A stretch of 64,000 bases of DNA from Alphaproteobacteria bacterium (GCA_965220745.1 CBDCQT010000011.1:288001-352000), one strand, 5' to 3'; numbered from the stretch's first letter, positions 43,904 to 54,217 are shown. The notes: generated from the letters alone by a model not told the origin. Numbers and translations are program-made.

Positions 43904-45022
43904 TCATGGCGCCCCGCCGCCATCAGAAGGGGGCCGCCTGAACTGCTTGGCGAGCGCGAGCCCCTGGCGCTGGTAGGAGGAGCCGATGCCGTGCCCGTAG
44001 AGCTCGGCGGGGCGCTCGGTCAGCGGCTCGAAGAGCAGGCGGCCGATGGTCTGGCCGTCCTCGATCACGAACGGCACGTCGTGGGAGCGCACCTCCAGCA
44101 CCGCGCGCGTGCCGCCACCGCCGGCCTCGTCATGACCGAAGCCCGGATCGAAGAAGCCCGCGTAGTGCGCGCGGAACTCGCCGACCAGCGTGTCGTAGGC
44201 CACCATCTCGGCGGCGTGATCCGGCGGGATGCGCACGGATTCCTTCGAGGCCAGGATGTAGAAATCGTCCGGGTTCAAGATCACGCCGCCGCCGGATGGC
44301 CGCGCGATCGGCTCCCAGAAGTCGTCGGGCTCGTAGCGGCCGACCACGTCGATATCGATCAGGTCAGCGTGGCGCTTCGCCTTCCAGCCGACGAGGCCGC
44401 CGCCGTCGCCCGCAAGATCGACGGAGAGCGGCAAGCCGCCGGAGAAGCCCCCGCGCGCGACCTCGCCTTCGACCAGCCGCCGCTCGGCATGCAGGCGCTC
44501 CAGCGCGCCTTCGGAGTAGGCGGGATCGCCCCGCTTGAAGCGGATCTGGTTGAGCCGGCTGCCGGCGCGCACCACGATGCTGAAGGTGCGGGGCGAGACC
44601 TCGGCGTAGAGCGGCCCCCGGTAGCCGGCCTGCACCCGGTCGAACTCGTGCGCCTCGTCGGCGATGAGCCGGGTGAAGATGTCGAGCCGGCCGGTGGAGC
44701 TCTTGGGGTTGGCGTGGGCGGCGACGTCGGGCGCGAGCGCGAGGCGTTCCATCAGGGGGACGATGTAGACGCAGCCCCGCTCCAGCACGGCGCCGGGCGT
44801 GAGGTCGATCTCGTGCATGCCGAGGCGCGCGATCTTCGCGCTCACGCTCTCGCGGCCCGGCAGGAAGCTCGCGCGCACGCGGTATGCCTTGGGCCCGAGC
44901 CGGAGATCGAGGCTCGCTGGCTGGATCTGCACCGCGCCGATGGGCTGGTCCGCCGAGACGCCACCCTGCTCGATCAATGTCGCGATGGCGGTGCTCGACA
45001 GGACCCCGGCTCGCTCGCTCAT
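43904..45022 (-). CDS. dcd: dCTP deaminase (long alphaproteobacterial type)
   Basis: QPASLDLRLG, NPKSSTGRLD, HYAGFFDPGFG. Confidence 0.88.
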   Translation of the reverse strand: MSERAGVLSSTAIATLIEQGGVSADQPIGAVQIQPASLDLRLGPKAYRVRASFLPGRESVSAKIARLGMHEIDLTPGAVLERGCVYIVPLMERLALAPDVAAHANPKSSTGRLDIFTRLIADEAHEFDRVQAGYRGPLYAEVSPRTFSIVVRAGSRLNQIRFKRGDPAYSEGALERLHAERRLVEGEVARGGFSGGLPLSVDLAGDGGGLVGWKAKRHADLIDIDVVGRYEPDDFWEPIARPSGGGVILNPDDFYILASKESVRIPPDHAAEMVAYDTLVGEFRAHYAGFFDPGFGHDEAGGGGTRAVLEVRSHDVPFVIEDGQTIGRLLFEPLTERPAELYGHGIGSSYQRQGLALAKQFRRPPSDGGGAP

Positions 45023-45040
45023 AGTTCGCTCCCCGCCGGC

Positions 45041-45484
45041 TCAGAACGGCCTGACGATGACCATGATGACAATAGCGATCATGGCGAGCGTCGGCACCTC
45101 GTTCACCCGGCGGTAGAAGCGCGCGCTGCGGCGGTTGCGGTCGGCGGCGAAGTCACGGCGCCAGCGGGCGAGCAGCCCGTGGAAGGCCGCGAGCAGCAGC
45201 ACTAGGGCGAGCTTGACGTGGATCCAGATATCGCCGGACCAGTCCACCACGCCGGGCTGGGCCAGCAGGGCACCGCCGAAGCCGAACGTCGCCACCATGG
45301 CCGGATTGACGATGATCCGGAGCAGGCGACGCTCCATGACCTTCAAGGTTTCCGAGAGCTCAGAGCCCGGCTCGGCGTCGGCGTGATAAACATAGAGGCG
45401 GGGCAGATAGAGCATCCCCGCCATCCAGGCGATCACCGCGATCACGTGGAGCGCCCTGAGCCAGGTGTAGAGATCGTCCGCCAT
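45041..45484 (-). CDS. hemJ: Protoporphyrinogen oxidase HemJ
   Basis: ALHVIAVIAWMAGMLYLPRLYVYH, NEVPT. Confidence 0.95.
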   Translation of the reverse strand: MADDLYTWLRALHVIAVIAWMAGMLYLPRLYVYHADAEPGSELSETLKVMERRLLRIIVNPAMVATFGFGGALLAQPGVVDWSGDIWIHVKLALVLLLAAFHGLLARWRRDFAADRNRRSARFYRRVNEVPTLAMIAIVIMVIVRPF

Positions 45485-46515
45485 CAGCGCGCCGCCAGGG
45501 GGCAGCCGCGGTGGGCCGCGGGGCAGATGCGTCCGCCTTCACCGGAGTCCAAGCCACTGCCTTCCAAAGCGCCGCGCACGAGGGCCGCGAGCGCTTTGAT
45601 GAAGGCCGGCTGCGTGCCGAGGGCCGGCACCCGGTGGTAGGCGGGGACGCCCGCTCGCACGGCGTACTGGCGGTAGGTGACGTCGAGCTCGACAAGGGTC
45701 TCGCTGTGCTCGGAGACGAAGGCGATGGGCACGACAACCACGGGCACGCGGTCTCGGCCCGCGCGGTCGAGCTCGTCGACGGTGGACGGCTCCAGCCAGG
45801 CGAGTGGTCCGACCTTGCTCTGGTAGCAGACTGTCCAATCCAGGTCGTCTCGGCCGAGGCGGGCGACGATGTGCCGCGCGGTCTCTTCCACCTGCCACTG
45901 GTAGGGATCGCCGCGCGCGACCACGCGCCTGGGCAGGCCGTGGGCCGAGAAGAGCACGCGCGGCTTGTCAGCCTCGGTCGCCGCCGCCAGCAAGGGCTCG
46001 ATCAACGCCGCATGGGCCGCGATCAGCCCGTTCTCTCGCGGATAGCAGCAGACGGCTCGCGTCGGCGCGGCGATGCCGGCAGCCCTAGCCGCCGAGTGCC
46101 AGGCCGCGAGCGACGAGGCCACGGTCGTGGTCGAGAACTGCGGATAGAGCGGCAGCAGCACGATCCGATCCGGCCGGAAGGCGGCAACCTGTTGCGCCGC
46201 CGCCTCGCTCATCGGGTGCCAGTAGCGCATCGCAACAACCACCTCGACCACACCGAGATCACCGAGAGCAGCCTGCAACGCCGCCGCTTGCTCTTCGGTC
46301 TCTTCAAGCAGCGGCGAACGCCCGCCGATCGTGCGGTAGATTTCGCGGGCTTTGGGACCGCGGCGTTTGGCGATCAGACGCGCGAGAAACCGACGCACCG
46401 GGGCGGGTGCGCCGATGATCGCAGGGTCTCGGAACAGATTGCGCAGAAAGGGCTCGACGGCATCCAGAGAATCCGGCCCGCCCAAGTTCATGAGGACGAC
46501 GGCGGTGCGGCTCAT
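45484..46515 (-). CDS. hemH: Ferrochelatase
   Basis: MNLGGP, LPLYPQFS, FSAHGLP, SEHSETLVELD. Confidence 0.96.
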   Translation of the reverse strand: MSRTAVVLMNLGGPDSLDAVEPFLRNLFRDPAIIGAPAPVRRFLARLIAKRRGPKAREIYRTIGGRSPLLEETEEQAAALQAALGDLGVVEVVVAMRYWHPMSEAAAQQVAAFRPDRIVLLPLYPQFSTTTVASSLAAWHSAARAAGIAAPTRAVCCYPRENGLIAAHAALIEPLLAAATEADKPRVLFSAHGLPRRVVARGDPYQWQVEETARHIVARLGRDDLDWTVCYQSKVGPLAWLEPSTVDELDRAGRDRVPVVVVPIAFVSEHSETLVELDVTYRQYAVRAGVPAYHRVPALGTQPAFIKALAALVRGALEGSGLDSGEGGRICPAAHRGCPLAAR

Positions 46516-47570
46516 CGGCCGTCCCCGCCGGGCCAGGCGTGCACGAGATCGCAGAGTTGGGCCACGTGCTCCGGCGGAGTCTGGGGCAGCACGCCCTCGC
46601 CTAAATTGAACACGAAGGGTCCATGACCGAGCGCATCCAGAATGCGGCTGGCCGCTTTCCGCAGCGCGTCGCCGCCGGCCAGCAGCGCCACCGGATCGAG
46701 GTTTCCCTGCATCGTGCAATGGGGCTGCAGCCGTGCCGCCGCCCAGGCCGGAGGCACGGTGCTATCGATGGAGATTGCGTCCACGCCGGTTTCTGTCGCG
46801 AAACGCTCGCAGGCGATGCCAGCACCACGCGGGTAGCCGATGATCGGCGCGGCCGGATGCACGGCTTTCACGTCCGCCACGATCGCCTTCAGAGGATCGA
46901 TGTTCCAGCGGGTGAGCTCGCTCTCCGGCAGCGCCCCAGCCCAGCTATCGAAGACCTGCACCGCGTCGGCGCCGGCGTCGATCTGGGCAATGAGATGAGC
47001 CGACACTGCCTGGCGCAGGGTCTCGATCAACTGCCCGAAGCTCTCGGGATCGCGATAGGCCCATCCCTTGACCGTGGCAAAGTCCCGGCTCCGCCCGCCA
47101 CCAACCATGTAGGTCGCGAGCGTCCACGGCGCCCCGGCAAAACCCAGCACCGTCGCCCCAGCCGGCGCCGCAGCCACGACCCGCTCCATCACCTCGTAGA
47201 CAGGCGCAAGATGCCGCCTTTGGCGTTCCACATCGAATTCGGGCAGGGACCCACCCTCCGGAATCGCTTTGAGCCTGGGTCCCTCACCCTCCTTGAACCA
47301 GAGCTTGACGCCGAGCGCCTCGGCAACCACCAGGATGTCCGAGAACAGGATAATCCCGTCGAGGGGGAAACGACGCACGGGCTGAAGAGTCGCCTCCGCC
47401 GCCAAAACCGGGTCGTAGCAGAGATCGAGGAAGGACCCCGCCTTCGTCCGCAACGCTCGGTACTCGGGGAGGTAGCGCCCCGCCTGGCGCATCAGCCAGA
47501 GCGGCGGCGGATGCTGTGCCTTCCCTCGAAGCGCCGCGAGAAGCGGCTTGATATCTGCGTCCACGGTCAC
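46512..47570 (-). CDS. hemE: Uroporphyrinogen decarboxylase
   Basis: WLMRQAGRYLPEY, ILFSDIL, GFAGAPWT, QGNLDP. Confidence 0.96.
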   Translation of the reverse strand: MTVDADIKPLLAALRGKAQHPPPLWLMRQAGRYLPEYRALRTKAGSFLDLCYDPVLAAEATLQPVRRFPLDGIILFSDILVVAEALGVKLWFKEGEGPRLKAIPEGGSLPEFDVERQRRHLAPVYEVMERVVAAAPAGATVLGFAGAPWTLATYMVGGGRSRDFATVKGWAYRDPESFGQLIETLRQAVSAHLIAQIDAGADAVQVFDSWAGALPESELTRWNIDPLKAIVADVKAVHPAAPIIGYPRGAGIACERFATETGVDAISIDSTVPPAWAAARLQPHCTMQGNLDPVALLAGGDALRKAASRILDALGHGPFVFNLGEGVLPQTPPEHVAQLCDLVHAWPGGDGR

Positions 47571-47983
47571 GAGTCGGTTCTTGTCCCCGGCTTCGTCAGA
47601 CTATCTTCATTAAATGAGTCTTAGTAAGGGTGGATGATGATGTTGGTGCGGATGAGGGGATTGTGGCGTTCATCCCATGGGTCGGGTGAATGATCACATG
47701 GGTCGTGCCACAGACGGACTCAACGTGAAGAAGCGATGAATGACCAACGCGGCGGCGTGTTTCAACGGTTGTGGGGAAACTAGGATAGTGTGGAAGGGCA
47801 CCTGGCAGCACCGGTCATGAGAGTGTTATCCCCGTTTTGACGGTTTTGTGACAGGGATGGTCGGATAAGCTGAGGATAGATTGGGGGTTGTCTGGCTGGG
47901 TGCCGTTGCCCACGGATTCCCCACATGAAGGCGCTGAGAAGTCGTGCCGGTGCGGGCGCAGCGCGGAGGGTCGTAGCGGGTTC
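47571..47983. other. Predicted chromosomal replication origin (oriC)
   Basis: hemE / PPDK-RP divergent intergenic region is the conserved alphaproteobacterial origin position; degenerate DnaA boxes (GGTGGATGA 47629, TGCGGATGA 47647, TGTGGGGAA 47770, TTATCCCCG 47826, TTCCCCACA 47917); AT-rich patch 47601-47628; four GANTC sites. Confidence 0.8.
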
Positions 47984-48799
47984 ATGCGAAGGTTTCATCT
48001 GCATCTGGTCTCGGACGCTACCGGCGAGACCTGCATCACCATAGCGCGCGCGGCGGCAGCGCAATTCCAGGGCGTGGATGCGGTTGAGCACCTGTGGTCG
48101 CTGGTGCGCACCGAGAGTCAGCTGCGGCAAGTTCTCGCCCACGTCGAGGCGGAGCCCGGCGTGGTGATGTTCACCCTCGTCGACCCGCAGCTTCAAGCCC
48201 TTCTGCACGAGGAGTGCCGGCGTATCGAAGTTCCGTGCATCCCACTGCTCGACACGGCGATCACGGCGTTGAGCGGCTTCCTCGGCATCGAGAGCCGTAA
48301 TCAGCCGGGCAGCCAACACGTCATGGACGAAGCCTATCTCAAGCGCATCGAGGCGATGAACTACGCGCTCGCCCACGACGACGGGCACTCGCCGACATCG
48401 CTGCGGGAGGCTGATATCGTGCTTGTCGGCGTATCGCGGACCTCGAAGACCCCCACCTGCTTCTACCTCGCCAATCGCGGTCTCAAGGCGGCCAACGTGC
48501 CGGTGGTGCCGGGTAGTCCGTTGCCGCCGGAGCTTGCAGCACCGCAGGGTGCGCTGGTGGTTGGCCTCACCTGTCACCCAGAGCAGCTGATCGATATCCG
48601 GCGAAGCCGCATGCGCATGATCGGCGATATCGGCGAGACCGCTTACGTAGACCCCCTTCAGGTCGAAGAGGAGGTGCGGCAGGCGCGGCGCCTGTACGCA
48701 GAGGCGGGATGGCCGGTGATCGACGTGACCCACCGCTCGATCGAAGAGACAGCCGCCGCGATTCTTCAGCTATACGACCGCCGCGCCCTCTCCCCCTGA
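47984..48799 (+). CDS. Pyruvate phosphate/water dikinase regulatory protein (DUF299)
   Basis: HLVSDATGET, HDDG, GVSRTSKTP, SIEETA. Confidence 0.93.
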   Translation: MRRFHLHLVSDATGETCITIARAAAAQFQGVDAVEHLWSLVRTESQLRQVLAHVEAEPGVVMFTLVDPQLQALLHEECRRIEVPCIPLLDTAITALSGFLGIESRNQPGSQHVMDEAYLKRIEAMNYALAHDDGHSPTSLREADIVLVGVSRTSKTPTCFYLANRGLKAANVPVVPGSPLPPELAAPQGALVVGLTCHPEQLIDIRRSRMRMIGDIGETAYVDPLQVEEEVRQARRLYAEAGWPVIDVTHRSIEETAAAILQLYDRRALSP

Positions 48800-48871
48800 G
48801 CGGTTGGCGCGGCGCGGGAAGCGTATATTCTGCGGCGCAGTAAGAGCGAGCCGGGACAGGAAAGCGGACCC

Positions 48872-49513
48872 ATGGCAATGGCTGAGGCGGACCCAGCCTT
48901 GCACGGAGAGGCCGGCGAACGGAATGTGGTGCTCGCCTCTCAGGCGGCGGTGCGAGCGGCAATGCTGCGGGCTGCGGGCCTCACATTCACCGTGCAGCCG
49001 GCGCGGGTGGACGAAGGCGCGGTCAAGGAGGCCATGCGAGCCGAAGACCCCGAGGGCCACGGGACCGCACGGGCGCTCGCCGCCCTCAAGGCTCGGCGAG
49101 TGAGCGCCGGCGCTCCGGGCGCCTTCGTCATCGGCGCGGATCAGCTCCTGGTCTGCGGCGACGAGTGGTTCGACAAGCCGGTGGATGTGGCCGATGCCAG
49201 GGGGCAGCTTCAGCGGTTGCGCGGCCGGCGCCACACGCTGGTGACCGCGGTCTCCGTGGTCCGCGACGGGGCCGAGATCTGGGGCGACCTGGCGTGCCCG
49301 GCGTTGACGATGCGCCCTTTCTCCGACGCCTTTCTGGAGCGCTATCTGGAGCGCGCGGGCGACGGAATCCTTGCTTGCGTCGGGGGCTACGAGGCCGAGG
49401 GTCTGGGCGCGCAGTTGCTCGCGGAGATCGAGGGGGACTGGTTCGCGGTGCTGGGCCTGCCGCTGCTGCCACTGTTGGCGTTCCTCCGCGAGCACGGGCT
49501 GGTGGAGACATGA
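48872..49513 (+). CDS. maf: Maf-family nucleoside triphosphate pyrophosphatase
   Basis: VLASQ, IGADQ, FDKP, LGLPL. Confidence 0.9.
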   Translation: MAMAEADPALHGEAGERNVVLASQAAVRAAMLRAAGLTFTVQPARVDEGAVKEAMRAEDPEGHGTARALAALKARRVSAGAPGAFVIGADQLLVCGDEWFDKPVDVADARGQLQRLRGRRHTLVTAVSVVRDGAEIWGDLACPALTMRPFSDAFLERYLERAGDGILACVGGYEAEGLGAQLLAEIEGDWFAVLGLPLLPLLAFLREHGLVET

Positions 49514-50349
49514 TTCTCTCCGGCGCGGCGCGGCTGGCCGGGGTCATGGGCTGGCCGGTGGCGCATTCGCGCTCGCCGCGTATCCACGGCTACTGGCTCG
49601 AGGAGAAGGAGATCGACGGCGCTTACCTGCCACTCGCGGTCCGGCCCGAGAGGCTCGACGCCGCGCTCGATGCGCTTGCTGCTCTGGGTTTTCGCGGGTG
49701 CAACCTGACCGCCCCGCACAAGGAGGCCGCGCTCAAGCGCATGGATACGCTGTCGGAGACCGCGCGCCGGATCGGCGCGGTTAACACCGTGACGGTCGGG
49801 GACGATGGGGCGCTGCACGGCGACAACACCGACGGCTATGGCTTTATCAGCCACCTGCGCCAGGAAGCGCCGGGCTGGGAGGCTGGGGCGCCGGTGGCGG
49901 TGCTGGGCGCCGGCGGCGCTGCGCGGGCGGTGTTGGATGCTCTCTCTGCCGCGGGCGTTTCCGAAATCCGCCTGCTCAACCGTACGCGCGCGCGCGCGGC
50001 GGCGCTCGCGGAGGAGGCGGGCGAGACGGTGCGTCCCCTGCCGTGGGACCAGCGGACCCACGCGTTGGCGGACTGCGGCTTGCTGGTCAACACCGCGCAG
50101 CTTGGTCAGGCGGGCAAGCCTGCGCTCGATCTCGCTCTCGACCGGCTGCCGGCCGATGCGGTGGTCTACGACTTGGTCTATGCGCCGTTGGAGACGGACC
50201 TGCTCGAGGCGGCGCGTGCGCGCGGGCATGTGGCGGTGGATGGACTCGGCATGTTGATCCACCAAGCCCGGCCCGGCTTCGCCGCCTGGTTCGGGGCCGA
50301 GGTCGAGGCGACGGCGGCACTCCGCAGCTTTGCCGCCGAAGGGCTGTGA
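49510..50349 (+). CDS. aroE: Shikimate dehydrogenase
   Basis: HSRSPRIH, NLTAPHK, GAVNT, GDNTD, GAGGAAR. Confidence 0.95.
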   Translation: MILSGAARLAGVMGWPVAHSRSPRIHGYWLEEKEIDGAYLPLAVRPERLDAALDALAALGFRGCNLTAPHKEAALKRMDTLSETARRIGAVNTVTVGDDGALHGDNTDGYGFISHLRQEAPGWEAGAPVAVLGAGGAARAVLDALSAAGVSEIRLLNRTRARAAALAEEAGETVRPLPWDQRTHALADCGLLVNTAQLGQAGKPALDLALDRLPADAVVYDLVYAPLETDLLEAARARGHVAVDGLGMLIHQARPGFAAWFGAEVEATAALRSFAAEGL

Positions 50350-50361
50350 CGGGGGTCGGCC

Positions 50362-51030
50362 GTGGTCATCCTCGGCCTCACCGGCTCCATTGGCATGGGC
50401 AAGACCACCGTTGCGAACGCCCTGCGCGCCTCCGGCGCCACCGTCTTCGACGCCGATGCGGCGGTCCACCGTCTGCTGGCGCCGGGCGGGGCCGCCGTGG
50501 CGCCGGTGCTCGCGCGCTTTCCCGATGCCGGGATGGGCGAGGGTGCCGCGCGTGCGGTCGACCGGGGAGCGCTCGGCGCGACGGTCTTCGCGGACCCCAA
50601 AGCCCTGGCGGAACTCGAGGCGATGCTGCACCCCCTGGTCCGTGCGGGCGAGCGGCGCTTTCTCTCGGCCAGCCAGCGCCGCGGCTGTGGCCTCGCGGTG
50701 CTCGACGTGCCGCTGCTGTTCGAGACCGGCGGCGAAGCCCGTTGCGACGCAACACTGGTGGTCTCGGCGCCGGCTTTCGTACAGCGCGCGCGGGTGCTGG
50801 GTCGGGCCCGGATGACCGAGGAGCGGCTGGCCGCTATCCTCGCTCGTCAGATGCCGGACTGGGAGAAGCGCCGGCGCGCGGATTTCGTGATCCGCACGGG
50901 GCTCGACAGACGGGTCTCGCGGTTCGCCGCGCGGCGCATCGCGGCCCGCCTCTCCACCGAGCGTGGCACCCGCTGGCCGCGCTGCTGGGCCGGCGCGCTG
51001 GTGCGGGCTGGAGGACGTGACCATGCGTGA
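50362..51030 (+). CDS. coaE: Dephospho-CoA kinase
   Basis: GLTGSIGMGKTT, DVPLLFE. Confidence 0.95.
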   Translation: MVILGLTGSIGMGKTTVANALRASGATVFDADAAVHRLLAPGGAAVAPVLARFPDAGMGEGAARAVDRGALGATVFADPKALAELEAMLHPLVRAGERRFLSASQRRGCGLAVLDVPLLFETGGEARCDATLVVSAPAFVQRARVLGRARMTEERLAAILARQMPDWEKRRRADFVIRTGLDRRVSRFAARRIAARLSTERGTRWPRCWAGALVRAGGRDHA

Positions 51031-51700
51031 GGTCGTGCTCGACACCGAGACCACCGGCATCGATCCGGCGGCAGGCCACAGGATCGTCGAGGTCGGTGCG
51101 ATCGAGCTAGTCAACCACATCCCCTCCGGCCGGCGCTTCCAGCGTTATCTCGACCCCGAGCGCGACATGCCGGAGGACGCCGAACGCGTGCACGGGCTCA
51201 CCCGCGCCTTCCTCGCCAAGCACCGGCGCTTCGCCGACGAAGTTGAGCCGCTGCTCGCCTTCATCGGCGATGCCAAGCTCGTCATGCACAACGCGCCCTT
51301 CGATCTCGGCTTCCTCAATGCCGAGCTGGAGCGCATCCGCAGGGCCCCGATCCCGGCGGAGCGGACGGTGGATACGCTCTCCATCGCGCGGCGCAAATAT
51401 CCTGGCGCGCCGGCAAGCCTCGATGCGCTTTGCAAGCGCTTCGGGATCGATCGCTCCATGCGGGAGAAGCACGGCGCGCTGCTGGATGCCGAGCTGCTCA
51501 CCGAGGTCTATCTGGAGCTCACTGGCGGCCGTCAGCCTGGGCTCGAGCTGCAGCGGGCGGCGCCGGTGCGGGACGCAGCGCCCGCGCCCCGTGCCGACCG
51601 TGCGCCGCGTGCGCCGCGGCCGCACGAACCCACTGCGGAAGAGGCGGCGGCCCACGCTGCCTTCGTCGCCACGCTCAAAGACCCGATCTGGAACGATTGA
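51023..51700 (+). CDS. dnaQ: DNA polymerase III epsilon subunit
   Basis: LDTETTG, HNAPFD, HGALLDAELL. Confidence 0.96.
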   Translation: MREVVLDTETTGIDPAAGHRIVEVGAIELVNHIPSGRRFQRYLDPERDMPEDAERVHGLTRAFLAKHRRFADEVEPLLAFIGDAKLVMHNAPFDLGFLNAELERIRRAPIPAERTVDTLSIARRKYPGAPASLDALCKRFGIDRSMREKHGALLDAELLTEVYLELTGGRQPGLELQRAAPVRDAAPAPRADRAPRAPRPHEPTAEEAAAHAAFVATLKDPIWND

Positions 51701-51793
51701 GGGGAGGGAGGCGGGCCGGGCGTGGCGCCGCCTCGACACCCTACCGGCGATGCGGCAGGATCGCGCGGCTGTTGCGAAGAGGGAGAGGCCGCC

Positions 51794-52528
51794 ATGACCT
51801 ACACAGTGCTTGCCAGCAATCCGGACACCGGCGAGATCGGAATCGCGTCCACGACAATCACGATCAACTTCAGCCGGACCTTCCCGGTGCACCGGCACCT
51901 CGTGCCCGACCTGACGGAGCGGGGAATCATCGTTGCCCCGATGGCGACCATCCATCCGCAGAACGGCCACCGGCTCTGCGATCTGCGGGATGCCGGAGTC
52001 GGCTGGGACGATATGGAAGCCGAGCTGGAGAAGCACGACGAACACTGGACCTGGCGGCAGATCGGCGCGGTGACGGCCAGCGGCGAGACCTGGGTCCGCA
52101 CCGGGTCTGACGCCTGGAACCACGCGAGCCATGTCGTGGCCGAGGGCTCGATCGCCATGGGCAACTACATGGATGGCCCCGGCCCGGTGCAGGCGATGGC
52201 CAAGGCGCTCGAGGACAACCGGGGCGAAGCCATGGACGAGCGGCTGCTGCGCGCCATAGAGGCTGGCAAGGCCGCCGGCGGGCAGGGTCAGCCGGATCTC
52301 GGCCCGGTGCCGGAATCCTGGGCGATGATCCAGGTGTTCAATGGCAAGCAGCCGTGGCCGGCGGTCGATGTGCGGGTGGACTTCGACGTAGACCCGGTGC
52401 CGAAGCTGCGGCGCCTGGTCACGCAGCTCAAGAACATGGACAAGGTGCTGCACACGATGTCGTTCGACCCGTCGCGGACGTTCGACGTCTACGGCGTGGT
52501 CTTCGACATGTACAACGCCCAAGTGTAG
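51794..52528 (+). CDS. DUF1028 / Ntn-hydrolase-like protein
   Basis: MTYTVLASNPDTGEIGIA N-terminus, WRQIGAV, DVRVD. Confidence 0.75.
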   Translation: MTYTVLASNPDTGEIGIASTTITINFSRTFPVHRHLVPDLTERGIIVAPMATIHPQNGHRLCDLRDAGVGWDDMEAELEKHDEHWTWRQIGAVTASGETWVRTGSDAWNHASHVVAEGSIAMGNYMDGPGPVQAMAKALEDNRGEAMDERLLRAIEAGKAAGGQGQPDLGPVPESWAMIQVFNGKQPWPAVDVRVDFDVDPVPKLRRLVTQLKNMDKVLHTMSFDPSRTFDVYGVVFDMYNAQV

Positions 52529-52564
52529 CTCGGTTCCCCGGCTTCCGGGGCGCAGGCGAGCCTG

Positions 52565-53416
52565 TCAACCGATCCGGGCCATCACCCCGCCGTCGACCGG
52601 GAGTGCGACGCCGGTGATGAAGCGGCCGGCGTCAGAGGCGAGGAAGAGCGAGGCCTGGGCCACGTCCCAGGCGCTGCCCATGCCGCCCCTGAGCGGGCTC
52701 CAGGTGTCGCGGTCGGCGGCGATCTCCTCGCGCGGCTTGCCGTAGCGGCGGGCCTGCGTGTCCACCGCCATGGGCGTGTCCATGTAGCCCGGCAGGATGG
52801 CGTTCACGCGCACACCGTCGGGCGCGCAGTCGAGCGCAAGCTGGCGGGAGAAGGCGATCATCCCTGCCTTGCTGGTCTTGTAGGTGACCGACTTGTAGTC
52901 GACCACGGCTGCAATCGACGAGATGTTGGTGATCACGCCGCTGCCCTGGCCGCGCATGACCGGGACCACGTGCTTGCAGGCCATCACCGTGCCGCGCAGG
53001 TTGATCGCCATCACCCGGTCGAAGCTCGCCTCGTCGAGGTCCGCGAGCGGCGAATCCCCGCCGGTGTAAGCGACGCCCACGTTGTTCTGCAGCACGTCGA
53101 TGCGCCCGTGCCGCTCGACGACCGAGCGGACGACAGCGAGCAGCGCCTGCTCATCGGTCACGTCGGCGACCATCGCCTCGGCGGCACCGCCTTCCGCCTG
53201 GATCATGGTGGCAGTTTCCTCGGCGGACTTCCGGTCGCGGTCGAGTGCGACCACGTGCGCGCCGGCGCGGGCGAAGAGCACGCAGGCGGCCCGGCCGTTG
53301 CCGATCACCGGCCCCGGCGTCTGGCCGGCGCCGGCCACGATCGCGACCCGGCCATCGAGGCTCAGTGAGGGGCTTTGCCAGGGCGCCGCGATGGCGGCGG
53401 AAGCCTCTTCGGTCAT
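52565..53416 (-). CDS. SDR family oxidoreductase
   Basis: GAGQTPG..IGNGRA, NNVG, YKTSK; start uncertain. Confidence 0.88.
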   Translation of the reverse strand: MTEEASAAIAAPWQSPSLSLDGRVAIVAGAGQTPGPVIGNGRAACVLFARAGAHVVALDRDRKSAEETATMIQAEGGAAEAMVADVTDEQALLAVVRSVVERHGRIDVLQNNVGVAYTGGDSPLADLDEASFDRVMAINLRGTVMACKHVVPVMRGQGSGVITNISSIAAVVDYKSVTYKTSKAGMIAFSRQLALDCAPDGVRVNAILPGYMDTPMAVDTQARRYGKPREEIAADRDTWSPLRGGMGSAWDVAQASLFLASDAGRFITGVALPVDGGVMARIG

Positions 53417-53659
53417 GGCGATGTCCTGGTGCATGGTGGGCGGGTGCCCGAAGGCTCCGCAGGCGCGCGCGGCTTGTCAAGGCGGGTGGTTGCAAAGATG
53501 GGGTTCTGGACGAAGTTGTGTCAGCGTAGAGTCAGTGCCAAGAAAGCTAGATTTTGGGGACATACGCCTATGAGCCACAGCATGTCGTAGACACGCGATA
53601 AACTCCTGTTCCTGACAGCGGACTGTTTGCCGCGAACGAATGCTTGCCCGGCACGCAAA

Positions 53660-54217
53660 TTGACTTATATATCAATAACTGATCAAATCCAGGCGCTGGT
53701 GAGAGACGGTCGCCTGCATCACATCGAGCCGGTTGATCCTAGCTTAGAGGTGAAGCGGGTCATGGTGGTGGCGAACGACGTTCAAGCATTGCTCGATGAA
53801 CCATGGCCCAGTGACTGGCTGGAGCGGCGCGCAGGTAGCCTACGGGCCGACTTAGAGATGTTCGTTAGGGGGCAGGTCCTGAGCGTTTCAATGACACCCT
53901 ATGGGCACAAGAAGGCGTATATGGGATTGTTGGACCCTCCGACGAGGGGAGTCTGGGAGATCAGGAGCCGCGATCCGAATCCAAGCTTGCGGGTCTTCGG
54001 GCATTTTGCAGATGTAAATCTGTTTGTAGCATTAGTTTGGCACCCTCGATCCGTCGAAGTCGATGGAAGATCACCTTTGGGCAGCGCGCGTGATCTGAGC
54101 TGGGAGTTCGCAAAATTGGAATGTGAAAAAGCTTGGCAAGGTCTGTTTCCAAATCACCGGCCGCGAATCAGGGAGAAAGTCAGTGACTTCATCTCAGAAG
54201 ATGCAATTCTGGTCTGA
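53660..54217 (+). CDS. Putative RelE/HigB-like toxin with N-terminal extension
   Basis: LLDPPTRGVWEIRSRDPNPSLRVFGHF resembles the RelE/HigB L...gvWElR.....RvF core; first gene of the islet; start ambiguous. Confidence 0.6.
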   Translation: MTYISITDQIQALVRDGRLHHIEPVDPSLEVKRVMVVANDVQALLDEPWPSDWLERRAGSLRADLEMFVRGQVLSVSMTPYGHKKAYMGLLDPPTRGVWEIRSRDPNPSLRVFGHFADVNLFVALVWHPRSVEVDGRSPLGSARDLSWEFAKLECEKAWQGLFPNHRPRIREKVSDFISEDAILV

